38,250 nt of DNA from an uncultured Sphingomonas sp. (lineage in GTDB: Bacteria > Pseudomonadota > Alphaproteobacteria > Sphingomonadales > Sphingomonadaceae). Under the pieces are notes generated by a model that made no database searches, was not told the origin of the DNA, and saw only the letters and a program-made list of their open reading frames with translations. Positions 28,603-37,946 of this stretch are shown here, piece by piece. The stretch spans positions 1 through 38,250 of the forward strand of contig CAZQLI010000001.1 of NCBI GenBank assembly GCA_964594145.1, in the 5' to 3' direction. Numbering within the stretch: position 1 is the first letter of the stretch; every line of letters starts with the position of its first letter. The translations under genes and the position numbers were made by a program.

Positions 28603-28650
28603 CCCGGAAAAAGGGGTCGACTGGTCGCTGCTGCGCGGTTAGCGAGACTG

Positions 28651-28714
28651 GAGCGCCGTTCTGTTTTTCCCGTGGGACGGGGAACAGGCCCGCGGCTGCG
28701 ACACCAGCGGGGAG
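28651..28714 (+). ncRNA. Candidate monovalent-cation riboswitch (nhaA-I/nhaA-II-like) in the phaA leader
   Basis: GAGCGCCG, hairpin 28661-28687, then GGCCCGC; CCCGC (28689-93) can pair with GCGGG (28707-11), overlapping the RBS. Similarity to nhaA motifs is from memory and was not searched. Confidence 0.5.
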
Positions 28715-28742
28715 ACCGGATATAACGACGAGCGGCGGCTTA

Positions 28743-31640
28743 TTGTGGATCATGTTGTCGCTTCCCTTCGCGGGAAGCATTCTCGCCGCGTTCCTGCCGA
28801 CGCGGGCCCGGAACGCGGCGGCGATGCTGGCCGGCTCCGTGGCGCTGGCAGGAACGGCAATCGCCGTCCTCCTTTATATTTCCACCTCCGGCGGCGGGGT
28901 CGTCAGGGGCGAGATCCAGTGGTTGCCCTCGCTTGGCCTCAATCTCCTCGTCCGTCTCGACGGGCTTGCCTGGCTCTTCGCCTTCCTCGTCCTTGCGATC
29001 GGCTTCCTCGTCGTCATCTACGCTCGCTATTACATGTCGCCGGAAGACCCGGTTCCCCGCTTCTTCTCGTTTTTCCTCGCGTTCATGGGCTCGATGCTCG
29101 GGCTGGTCGTGTCCGGCAATCTCGTCCAGCTGGCCTTTTTCTGGGAACTGACGAGCCTCTTCTCGTTCCTCCTGATCGGCTATTGGCACCATAACGAGCG
29201 GGCACGGGATTCCGCCCGGATGGCGCTGGTCGTTACCGCTGCCGGCGGCGTTTGCCTCCTGGTCGGCCTGCTTCTCATCGGGAAGATCGTCGGAAGCTAT
29301 GACCTCGATCAGGTCCTCGCCTCCGGCGACCTCATACGCTCGAGCAACCTCTACACGCCGGCGCTGGTCCTCATCCTTCTTGGCTCCTTCACCAAGAGCG
29401 CCCAGTTCCCGTTCCACTTCTGGCTGCCGCACGCCATGGCTGCGCCGACCCCGGTATCGGCCTACCTCCACTCGGCGACGATGGTAAAGGCCGGGATCTT
29501 CGTCCTGATCCGCCTCTGGCCGGTCCTCGCCGGGACCGAGGCCTGGTACTTCACCGTTTCGTCGGTCGGGCTGGCAACGCTGGTCATTGGTGCCTGGGCG
29601 GCCATGTTCCAGCAGGACCTGAAGGGCCTGCTGGCCTATTCGACGATCAGCCACCTTGGACTCATCACCCTGTTGCTTGGGCTGAGCAGCCCGCTCGCCG
29701 CGGTGGCCGCCATTTTCCACACCGTGAACCACGCGACCTTCAAGGCATCGCTGTTCATGGCGGCGGGGATAATCGACCACGAGACGGGCACGCGCGACCT
29801 CAGGCGCCTCAGCGGCCTTTACCGCTACATGCCCATCACGGCGACACTCGCCATGGTCGCGGCAGCGGCGATGGCCGGCGTCCCGCTGCTCAACGGCTTC
29901 CTCTCGAAGGAGATGTTTCTCGCCGAGGCGCTGCAGGAACGCAGCGGAACGATCACCGACCAGTTGCTTCCACTGGTTGCGACTGTCGCGCTCGCGTTCA
30001 GCGTCCTTTATTCGCTGAGGTTCATCCACCAGAGCTTCTTTGGCCCGCCACCGGAGGCACTTCCGCGCGAGCCGAGGGAGGCACCGACCTGGATGCGGCG
30101 GCCGATCGAGGTCCTCGTCATTGCCTGCCTCCTGATCGGCATGTTCCCGGCAAGGACGATCGGCCCGTTCCTCCATTTCGCGGTCCGCTCGGTGCTCGGC
30201 GAGCAGACCCCCGAATATAGCCTCGCGGTATGGCACGGCTTCAGCCAGCCGCTGCTGCTGAGCTTCGCCGCCCTCCTGCTCGGCACGGTCGGCTACCTGA
30301 TGTTCCGGCGGCGGCTGAATGCCATGGCGTCGGCGCCGCTCATCAGCAGGCTCAAGGGGCGCAAGATATTCGAGATATTGCTCACCATGATCATCTCGGC
30401 GGCGCGCTTCCTCGAGGGGCTGCTCGGTACCTTGCGGCTCCAGCCCCAGCTCAGGCTTCTCGTTCTGATCGCCTGCATCGCCGGGCTGCTGCCATTCATC
30501 CGCTATGGCTATGAGCTTGGCGACGCGCCCGGCACGATCATCGACCCCGGCTTTGGAGTCATCTGGATCGTCGGTGCGGCGTGCGCGCTGAGCGCGGCCT
30601 GGCAGGCCAAGTACCACCGGCTTGCCGCCCTTATCCTGATGGCAGGGGCCGGGCTGGTGAGCTGCATCAGCTTCGTATGGCTGTCGGCGCCCGACCTTGC
30701 GGTCACCCAGCTCCTCGTCGAGACGGTGACGACGGTGCTTCTTCTTCTTGGCCTGAGGTGGCTCCCCAAGCGGCTCGAGGAAGTGTGGCCGGAAGACAGG
30801 AAGCCGCTCAGCGTCCTCACGCGCCGGGGCGTCGACCTCGCGATCGCGGCCCTTGCAGGCATCGGCATGACCCTCATTTCCTACGCGGTGATGACCCGCG
30901 CGCCGCCGGGCAAGATTTCCGGCTATTTCGTCGAGCGGGCCTATCCGGAAGGCGGCGGCACCAACGTCGTCAACGTCATCCTGGTGGATTTCCGCGCACT
31001 CGACACGCTCGGCGAGATCACGGTGCTGGCAATCGTCGGACTGACCATCTTCTCACTCCTGCGGCGGTTCAGGCCAGCTGCCGAGAGCATTCGAACGCCG
31101 CTCCAGCAGCGTCTCCAGAATGCGTCCGACAGGGCCAAGGAAGGACGCGAGGTCGGCGATACGCTGGCCGATTACCTGTTCATTCCGAGCATCATCATGC
31201 AATGGATGTTCCCGGTCATCCTGGTCTTTGCCGTCTATCTGTGGATCAGGGGCCATGACATGCCGGGCGGCGGCTTCGCTGCCGGTATCACCCTGACAAT
31301 CGCGCTTATCCTCCAGTATATGGCGGCTGGGACCCGCGAGGTTGAGGCCCGGCTCCGGATCCGGCCGATCCGCTGGATCGGGCTTGGCCTGCTCATCGCT
31401 GCCCTGACCGGCGCCGCGGCCTGGCTCGCGGGCTATCCCTTCCTCACCTCGTGGTTCCGCTACGTCGATCTTCCGATCTTCGGCGAGATCCCGGTCGCAA
31501 GTGCCCTCGCCTTTGATCTCGGCGTGTTCCTCGTGGTGGTCGGCGCGACCGCGCTCGTCCTCATCGCGCTCGCTCACCAGTCGATCAGGACCCCCATTGC
31601 CCGGCGAAACCCGCCGGCGGTTGAAGAGGGGGCCAGCTGA
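28743..31640 (+). CDS. phaA: Mrp/Pha cation:H+ antiporter subunit A (fused A-B)
   Basis: FWELTSLFSFLLIG, TKSAQFPFHFWLPHAMAAPTPVSAYLHSATMVKAG, NVILVDFRALDTLGEI, GHDMPGGGF. Start uncertain (ATA 28722, TTG 28743 or ATG 28752). Confidence 0.93.
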   Translation: MWIMLSLPFAGSILAAFLPTRARNAAAMLAGSVALAGTAIAVLLYISTSGGGVVRGEIQWLPSLGLNLLVRLDGLAWLFAFLVLAIGFLVVIYARYYMSPEDPVPRFFSFFLAFMGSMLGLVVSGNLVQLAFFWELTSLFSFLLIGYWHHNERARDSARMALVVTAAGGVCLLVGLLLIGKIVGSYDLDQVLASGDLIRSSNLYTPALVLILLGSFTKSAQFPFHFWLPHAMAAPTPVSAYLHSATMVKAGIFVLIRLWPVLAGTEAWYFTVSSVGLATLVIGAWAAMFQQDLKGLLAYSTISHLGLITLLLGLSSPLAAVAAIFHTVNHATFKASLFMAAGIIDHETGTRDLRRLSGLYRYMPITATLAMVAAAAMAGVPLLNGFLSKEMFLAEALQERSGTITDQLLPLVATVALAFSVLYSLRFIHQSFFGPPPEALPREPREAPTWMRRPIEVLVIACLLIGMFPARTIGPFLHFAVRSVLGEQTPEYSLAVWHGFSQPLLLSFAALLLGTVGYLMFRRRLNAMASAPLISRLKGRKIFEILLTMIISAARFLEGLLGTLRLQPQLRLLVLIACIAGLLPFIRYGYELGDAPGTIIDPGFGVIWIVGAACALSAAWQAKYHRLAALILMAGAGLVSCISFVWLSAPDLAVTQLLVETVTTVLLLLGLRWLPKRLEEVWPEDRKPLSVLTRRGVDLAIAALAGIGMTLISYAVMTRAPPGKISGYFVERAYPEGGGTNVVNVILVDFRALDTLGEITVLAIVGLTIFSLLRRFRPAAESIRTPLQQRLQNASDRAKEGREVGDTLADYLFIPSIIMQWMFPVILVFAVYLWIRGHDMPGGGFAAGITLTIALILQYMAAGTREVEARLRIRPIRWIGLGLLIAALTGAAAWLAGYPFLTSWFRYVDLPIFGEIPVASALAFDLGVFLVVVGATALVLIALAHQSIRTPIARRNPPAVEEGAS

Positions 31641-31981
31641 TGGAGATCGTGCTCGCGCTTGGCATTGGCGTCCTCACCGCCTCCGGGGTCTGGCTGATCC
31701 TGAGGCCGCGCACCTTCCAGGTCATCATCGGCCTCTCGCTCATTTCTTATGCAGTGAACCTGTTCATCCATGCCATGGGCAGGCTCCGGGTCGATGCCCC
31801 CGCAATCGTCGAGAAGGGCGTCGAGGCAGACCCGTCGCAATATGCCGATCCGCTTCCCCAGGCGCTGGTCCTCACGGCAATCGTCATTTCCTTTGCAATG
31901 ACGGCGCTGCTGCTGGTCGTGCTTCTGGCCTCGCGCGGGCTGACCGGCACCGACCATGTCGACGGGGAGGAGTCGGAATGA
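31640..31981 (+). CDS. phaC: Mrp/Pha antiporter subunit C
   Basis: DPLPQALVLTAIVISFA. Confidence 0.93.
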   Translation: MEIVLALGIGVLTASGVWLILRPRTFQVIIGLSLISYAVNLFIHAMGRLRVDAPAIVEKGVEADPSQYADPLPQALVLTAIVISFAMTALLLVVLLASRGLTGTDHVDGEESE

Positions 31982-33600
31982 GCGAGTGGACCGACCACCT
32001 CATTGTCCTGCCGGTCCTCCTCCCGCTCGCCGGTGCCGCGCTGATGCTGCTGTTCGACGAGCGGCGACATCTTCTGAAAGTGGTGACCAGCTTTGCAACG
32101 GTTGTCGGGCTGCTCGTCATTTCCTTCCTGCTGCTGCAGGGCTCGGCAGCGGCGGGCTTCGGCGGCGACCCCGTGACCCGGGCCTACTCGATCGGCAACT
32201 GGCCGGCGCCTTATGGAATCGTGCTCGTCGTCGACTGGCTGTCGGCGCTGATGCTCATGCTCACCAGCATCCTTGGCCTCACCTCGCTGACCTATTCGCT
32301 CGCCCGCTGGGACCGGGTCGGGCCGCGCTTCCATGCATTGTTCCTGCTGCAGCTGATGGGGCTCAACGGCGCCTTCCTCACCGGCGACATCTTCAATCTC
32401 TTCGTCTTTTTCGAGATATTGCTGGCAGCTTCCTACGGGCTGGTCCTCCAGGGTTCGGGGACTGTGCGCGTCAAGGCCGGGCTCCATTATGTCTCGATCA
32501 ACACCGCGACCTCGCTGCTTTTCCTGATCGGCGCCGGCCTCATCTACGGGATCACCGGGACGCTCAACATGGCCGACCTTGCGACCTACATCGAGACGGT
32601 GGGGGGGCCGGACCTGGCGCTGCTCCAGAGCGGGATGGCGATCCTGGGCGTTGCCTTCCTGGTCAAGGCCGGCATGTGGCCCCTGGGTTTCTGGCTTCCC
32701 AAGACCTATGCAGCGGCGGTCCCGCCGGTCGCCGCGCTGTTCGCGGTACTGAGCAAGGTGGGCATCTATGCGCTGCTCAGGGTCTACCTCCTGCTTTTCG
32801 CCGGGGGCGAGGGCTGGACCAACAACTTCGGCGAGGAGTGGCTGCTGTTCGGCGGAATGGCGACGATCGCCTTCGGCACGATCGGCGTGCTTGCCTCGCA
32901 GACGCTTTCGCGCATCGCGGGCTATTGCATCATCATTTCATCGGGGACGCTCTTGGCCTCGATTGGCGCCGGGCAGGGCGCCGTGCTTGCCGGAGTGCTG
33001 TTCTACCTCGTCAGCTCGACGCTTGGGATCAGCGCTTTCTACCTGCTGATCGAGCTGGTCGAACGCCAGGTCAAGGACAACAGCGGATCGGTCCGGGAGC
33101 CGGTGTTCGAGGACGAATATACGGGCGCGCCCGAGCCCGACGAGGAAGATGAAGTCGGCATCGTCATCCCGGCCACCCTCGCGATTCTCGGCGGCGCCTT
33201 CGCCTTCTGCGCGCTGCTCCTCTCGGGCCTGCCGCCGCTGTCGGGCTTCATTGCCAAGTTCGCGATCGTCGATGGTCTCATCAACCTCCAGGAGGATATC
33301 GCTGGTCCCATCTGGTGGCTGATCGGACTCATCATCATCTCGGGCTTGGCGACCCTCATCGCGACGACCCGGGCCGGGATCGACTTCATCTGGACTCCAT
33401 CGGACAGGCCCCAGCCGGTGCTTCGGCTGAGCGAGGCGGCTCCCATCGGCCTGCTGCTCGCCATCTGCCTCGGGCTGATGATATTCGCAGGCCCGACCAT
33501 GCGCTACATGGAACAGACCGGCCGATCGCTCTCCAACCGCCAGGGTTACATCCAGTCGGTTCTCGCACCACCGATCGCAAGGCCGGGGGCGAGCCAATGA
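31978..33600 (+). CDS. phaD: Mrp/Pha antiporter subunit D
   Basis: ATGA overlap; GAFLTGDIFNLFVFFEI, KAGMWPLGFWLP, GLPPLSGFIAK. Confidence 0.93.
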   Translation: MSEWTDHLIVLPVLLPLAGAALMLLFDERRHLLKVVTSFATVVGLLVISFLLLQGSAAAGFGGDPVTRAYSIGNWPAPYGIVLVVDWLSALMLMLTSILGLTSLTYSLARWDRVGPRFHALFLLQLMGLNGAFLTGDIFNLFVFFEILLAASYGLVLQGSGTVRVKAGLHYVSINTATSLLFLIGAGLIYGITGTLNMADLATYIETVGGPDLALLQSGMAILGVAFLVKAGMWPLGFWLPKTYAAAVPPVAALFAVLSKVGIYALLRVYLLLFAGGEGWTNNFGEEWLLFGGMATIAFGTIGVLASQTLSRIAGYCIIISSGTLLASIGAGQGAVLAGVLFYLVSSTLGISAFYLLIELVERQVKDNSGSVREPVFEDEYTGAPEPDEEDEVGIVIPATLAILGGAFAFCALLLSGLPPLSGFIAKFAIVDGLINLQEDIAGPIWWLIGLIIISGLATLIATTRAGIDFIWTPSDRPQPVLRLSEAAPIGLLLAICLGLMIFAGPTMRYMEQTGRSLSNRQGYIQSVLAPPIARPGASQ

Positions 33601-34088
33601 CCGCGCGCTGGATCCCCCACCCGGTGCTGGCGCTGGCGCTTCTGGCCATTTGGCTGTTGCTCAACCAGTCGCTGTCGCCAGGCCACCTTCTCATGGGTGC
33701 CCTGGTCGCGATCGTCGCGACCTACGGCATGGTGGCATTGCGTCCCGAAAAGCCGCGCATCCTCTCGTGGCGGGCCCTTGCAAAACTGGCCGGGATCGTC
33801 GCCTTCGACATCATGCGATCCAACATCGCGGTTGGACGGATCATCCTCGTCCCGCGGTCAAGCCGGGTCTCCGGCTTCGTCCGGATCAGGCTCGAGATGC
33901 GCAATCATTATGGGCTGGCCGCGCTCGCCTGCATCATCACTGCAACGCCCGGGACCATCTGGGTCCAGCTCGATCGCGGCAGCGGGATGCTGATCATCCA
34001 CGTCCTCGACCTGATCGACGACGAGGAATGGGTGCAGCTCATCAAGGGGCGCTACGAGGCGCTGCTGATCGAGGTGTTCGGGTCATGA
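33597..34088 (+). CDS. phaE: Mrp/Pha antiporter subunit E
   Basis: ATGA overlap; LACIITATPGT, LIIHVLD. Confidence 0.9.
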   Translation: MTARWIPHPVLALALLAIWLLLNQSLSPGHLLMGALVAIVATYGMVALRPEKPRILSWRALAKLAGIVAFDIMRSNIAVGRIILVPRSSRVSGFVRIRLEMRNHYGLAALACIITATPGTIWVQLDRGSGMLIIHVLDLIDDEEWVQLIKGRYEALLIEVFGS

Positions 34089-34366
34089 CGACGATGATAC
34101 TCGCCTGGGCGATCACCGCCTCGCAGGTCATGATCGGGCTGGCCATGGGCTGTGCAGCCTATCGCATCCTCCTCGGGCCGCGCGCCCAGGACCGGGTACT
34201 CGGCCTCGACACTTTTTACGTGAACGCGATGCTGCTTCTGCTGACCTTTGGCATCCAGACCGGCCGGACGCTCTATTTCGAGGCGGCACTCATCATCGCG
34301 CTGCTCGGCTTTGTTGGAACGGTGGCGCTCGCCAAGTTCCTGATGCGAGGCGAGGTGATCGAATGA
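34085..34366 (+). CDS. phaF: Mrp/Pha antiporter subunit F
   Basis: GPRAQDRVLGLDT, ALLGFVGTVALAKF. Confidence 0.9.
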   Translation: MTTMILAWAITASQVMIGLAMGCAAYRILLGPRAQDRVLGLDTFYVNAMLLLLTFGIQTGRTLYFEAALIIALLGFVGTVALAKFLMRGEVIE

Positions 34367-34716
34367 TCGAGGCTCCTGAACTTCCGGCCTGGGCGGCACT
34401 CCTCGTCGGCCTGCTCCTGCTCCTCGGCGCCGGGATCACCCTCATCGGGTCGATCGGGCTGCTGAGGCTGAAAAGCTTTTACGAGCGGGTCCACGCTCCG
34501 ACCCTCGGCACTTCCTTTGGGACCCTGTTCATCGTGCTGGGCTCGATTGCCTGCTTCTCGACCCTGCAATCGAAGCCGCTCGTCCACGAGCTGCTCATCA
34601 TCATCTTCGTGACGCTGACGACGCCGGTGACCCTCATGTTGCTGGCACGGGCCGCCCTCTATCGCGACCGCACGGAAGCCGCCGACCCACCCCCCGAGGA
34701 CCCGGGAAAAAACTGA
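34363..34716 (+). CDS. phaG: Mrp/Pha antiporter subunit G
   Basis: GSIGLLRLKSFYERVHAPTLG, LTTPV. Confidence 0.9.
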   Translation: MIEAPELPAWAALLVGLLLLLGAGITLIGSIGLLRLKSFYERVHAPTLGTSFGTLFIVLGSIACFSTLQSKPLVHELLIIIFVTLTTPVTLMLLARAALYRDRTEAADPPPEDPGKN

Positions 34717-34737
34717 CTCCGGTCTTACCGCGACTTG

Positions 34738-35916
34738 CTAAAGTGCGAGCGCCGCTGCGTTGGCGCTGGCCCATGCCCACTGGAAATTATAGCCGCCAAG
34801 CCAGCCGGTCACGTCGACGGCCTCGCCGATGGCATAAAGCCCGGGAACGCGCCTCGATTCCATGGTCTTGGAGGAAAGATCGGCGGTACTGATGCCGCCG
34901 ATCGTGACTTCGGCCTTTGCAAATCCCTCTGTGCCGTTTGGCCGGAACTGCCAATCATGGAGGCGCGCCTCGGCAGCCTCGAGCGAGCGATCGGCAATAT
35001 TGGCGAGTTCGCCTTCCAGCCCGAGTTGCTCGGAAAGAGTCTCTGCCAGCCTGTCGGGGATGTAACGTGACAGCAGCCGGCGAACGGTCGAGCGCGGTTC
35101 GGCGCGCTTGGAATCGCGGATCCAGCCGGCGGGGAAGTCCGGAACAAAATCGATCGAGACGGGCTGTCCGTGCCGCCAGTAGGAGGAGACCTGGAGGATC
35201 GCCGGTCCCGAGAGGCCCCGGTGGGTGAACAATGCGGCTTCCCTGAAGCGGCCATTGCCTGCACGGGCAGCGACCTGCGCAGAGACGCCGGATAGCGTCT
35301 TGAAGAGGGTCTCCTCGCCGGACAGCGTCAATGGCACCAGGGCCGGGCGAGGCTCGACGATCTTCATCCCGAACCGCCTGGCGACGTCGTAGGAAAAGCT
35401 CGTTGCGCCGAGCTTGGGGATCGAAAGACCGCCTGTCGCAAGCACCAGCGCGGGGGCGCTTGCCTCGAGCTGGCCCGCGGTGACCTGGAATTGCCCGTCG
35501 CGGTGCTCGACAGTGGCGGGTTCGCCAAAAGCCGTCTCGACCCCGCCGGCACGGCATTCGTCGAGCAACATGGCAACGATCTGCCGGGAGGAGCCGTCGC
35601 AGAATAGCTGGCCAAGTGTCTTTTCATGCCAGGCGATCTTGTGGCGTTCGACCAGCGCCAGGAAATCGGCAGGAGTGTAGCGACCAAGCGCCGACTTGGC
35701 GAAATGGGGATTGGCCGAAAGGAAGTTGGCAGCCGTGGCGCCGATATTCGTGAAATTGCAGCGACCACCGCCGGAGATGAGGATCTTGCGTCCAGGCTCC
35801 GCCGAATGGTCGATGAGCAGGACCCTCCGGCCGCGCTGGCCGGCGAGGCCGGCGCAGAACATCCCGGCAGCGCCGGCGCCGATGACGATCGCGTCGAACT
35901 CTCGGGTTGCGGCCAT
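34738..35916 (-). CDS. NAD(P)/FAD-dependent oxidoreductase, HI0933/YhiN/BaiN family
   Basis: GAGAAG, GRKILISGGGRCNFTN, LFTHRGLSGP, GEAVDVTGWLGGYNFQWAWAS. Confidence 0.92.
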   Translation of the reverse strand: MAATREFDAIVIGAGAAGMFCAGLAGQRGRRVLLIDHSAEPGRKILISGGGRCNFTNIGATAANFLSANPHFAKSALGRYTPADFLALVERHKIAWHEKTLGQLFCDGSSRQIVAMLLDECRAGGVETAFGEPATVEHRDGQFQVTAGQLEASAPALVLATGGLSIPKLGATSFSYDVARRFGMKIVEPRPALVPLTLSGEETLFKTLSGVSAQVAARAGNGRFREAALFTHRGLSGPAILQVSSYWRHGQPVSIDFVPDFPAGWIRDSKRAEPRSTVRRLLSRYIPDRLAETLSEQLGLEGELANIADRSLEAAEARLHDWQFRPNGTEGFAKAEVTIGGISTADLSSKTMESRRVPGLYAIGEAVDVTGWLGGYNFQWAWASANAAALAL

Positions 35917-35991
35917 TGGTGGTTCCTAGCGGCCCCGGTGGAAAAGCCTAGCGGCGCATGATTGCGCCAGGCCGGTGGCAGCGCCGGCGGG

Positions 35992-37695
35992 CTAGCCCTT
36001 CCGGCCCCCGGCCTTTTTGCGGTCCTGCCATTTTGGCTTGCTGCCCTGCGGAATGATCCTGGCCTTCCTTGGCCTCGGGGCCGCTTCCTGCTCGCGCGGC
36101 GGAGCCTGCTCGATCACCATCCCCTCGTCCTCGGGGGAAATCGTTGCCCGCCGCAGGGCCTTTACAAAGCCCGGCGTCGCCCGTTCGGTTACTTCGAAAT
36201 AGCTCTCGTTGGCAGCGACGCGGATGGCACCGATCTCGCCGCGTCCGACGTGCCCGTAGCGGCAGATGAGCGGGAGGAGCCAGCGCGGGTCGGCATTGTG
36301 CCGGCGGCCTGCATTGATCCGGAACCAGGTCGAGCTCTCGAAGCCCGGCCGCGGCCTTGCATCGTGGCCGCGGCGGTCATCGCCGCCGCCATGTGCCAGG
36401 ATATCCTCGGGGGCGGGAAGGTCGGTCTGCAGCGAGCGCACCAGCGCGGCCGCGATCGCTTCGGGTGACAGGCTTGCCCTCAGCTGTTCGGCCAGCAGGC
36501 GGTCTGCTTCATCGGGTTCGGGGGCGATTGAAAGCGATTCCAGCAACCGCTCGCGGTCCCTGTTCCTGATCTGCTCGGGCGATGGAGCCTCGATCCACTC
36601 GGCATTGATCTTCGCGTTCCGGAGCATGGTTTCGACATTGCGGCGGCGCCGGAACGGGACGATGAGCACCGCGATCCCCTTCCGCCCGGCCCGGCCGGTT
36701 CGGCCCGAACGGTGCTGGAGCACCTCGGCGTCACGGGGAAGCTCGACGTGGATGACGAGCGATACCGAGGGAAGGTCGATGCCGCGCGCCGCGACGTCGG
36801 TGGCGACGCACACCCGGGCCCGCTTGTCCCTGAGCGCCTGCAGCGCTTGGTTGCGCTCGTTCTGGCTATGCTCTCCCGATAGCGCGACCGCCTGGAAGCC
36901 GCGCTCGGTCAGGCTTGCATGAAGGCGTCTCACGGCCTCGCGAGTGGCGCAGAAGAGGATCGCCGTCTCTGCCTCGTGGAAGCGCAGAAGGTTGACGACG
37001 GCATGTTCTATGTCGGTCGGCGATACGGCTACCGCCTGGTAGCTGATGTCCGCATGGCTCTCGGCATCCCCCAGGGTGGCGATGCGAAGCGCATCGCGCT
37101 GATATCTCTTCGCGAGCGCGACGATCGGTCGCGGCAGAGTGGCCGAGAACAGCAGCGTGCGCCGTTCGCCAGGCGTTGCATCGAGAATTTCCTCGAGCTC
37201 TTCCCGGAATCCCATGTCGAGCATCTCGTCGGCTTCATCGAGGACGACGGCCCTGAGTGCGGACAGGTCGAGCGCACCGCGTTCGAGGTGGTCGCGAAGG
37301 CGCCCCGGGGTCCCGACGACGACATGTGCCCCTCCCTGGAGCGCCCGGCGCTCCTTCATCGGGTCCATGCCGCCGACACAGGTGACCACGCGCGCGCCGG
37401 CCGGCGCGTAGAGCCACTCGAGCTCCCGGCTGACCTGGATGGCAAGCTCGCGGGTCGGCGTGATCACCAGGGCGCGGGGTTGCTGCGACCAGGACGCCCT
37501 TTCTCCATCAAGGAGCTGTTCGCCGATGGCGAGGCCGAAGGCCACCGTTTTTCCGGAGCCCGTCCGTGCGGAGACGATGAGGTCACGGCCGACAGCCTCC
37601 TCTTCGAGGACCGCCGATTGTACAGGGGTCAGCTTGTCGTAGCCGCGCGCGGCAAGCGACTGCGCGAGCGCGGTAGCGATTCTGGGATGTTGCAT
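35992..37695 (-). CDS. DEAD-box RNA helicase with C-terminal DbpA-type RNA-binding domain
   Basis: TPVQ, ARTGSGKT, PTRELA, TPGR, DEAD, SAT, ARGID, HRSGRTGRAG; start MQHPRI at 37695. Confidence 0.92.
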   Translation of the reverse strand: MQHPRIATALAQSLAARGYDKLTPVQSAVLEEEAVGRDLIVSARTGSGKTVAFGLAIGEQLLDGERASWSQQPRALVITPTRELAIQVSRELEWLYAPAGARVVTCVGGMDPMKERRALQGGAHVVVGTPGRLRDHLERGALDLSALRAVVLDEADEMLDMGFREELEEILDATPGERRTLLFSATLPRPIVALAKRYQRDALRIATLGDAESHADISYQAVAVSPTDIEHAVVNLLRFHEAETAILFCATREAVRRLHASLTERGFQAVALSGEHSQNERNQALQALRDKRARVCVATDVAARGIDLPSVSLVIHVELPRDAEVLQHRSGRTGRAGRKGIAVLIVPFRRRRNVETMLRNAKINAEWIEAPSPEQIRNRDRERLLESLSIAPEPDEADRLLAEQLRASLSPEAIAAALVRSLQTDLPAPEDILAHGGGDDRRGHDARPRPGFESSTWFRINAGRRHNADPRWLLPLICRYGHVGRGEIGAIRVAANESYFEVTERATPGFVKALRRATISPEDEGMVIEQAPPREQEAAPRPRKARIIPQGSKPKWQDRKKAGGRKG

Positions 37696-37865
37696 GGTCG
37701 CCGCGCCTACTCGCATTGGCCGTCCGGCGATAGGGGGGTGCCGGCCCGACCGTGCAAAGAGCGGGCGCACGCGCGGTATCAAGCAGCATTTTGCCGACCA
37801 GACCGCATTTCAACCTCCGAACCCCATAAATGAAGCCGACGTTCAAACGCTCCCAATGCCGAGGT

Positions 37866-37883
37866 GGGTGGGGGGGGGTGGAG
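37866..37883. repeat. G-rich tract with G9 homopolymer in the divergent promoter region
   Basis: GGGTGGGGGGGGGTGGAG; G9 at 37870-37878. Confidence 0.6.
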
Positions 37884-37946
37884 AGCACAGGTCCCGTCAA
37901 CCGCAGCAAGGGCAAGTTCAACGGCCCGTCTCTGGGGAGGGATCAA

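Noticed and set aside
28740-30617. 625-aa minus-strand ORF and similar long overlapping ORFs (21757-22923, 23142-24245, 31956-33152)
   Set aside because: Shadow or alternate frames of well-supported genes, with no recognisable motifs.
37866-37883. Complementarity of the G-tract to both psp 3' UTR loops (CTCCACCCC / CCCCACCC)
   Set aside because: Low-complexity 8-9 nt matches are expected by chance at this GC content, and the tract is probably untranscribed promoter DNA.
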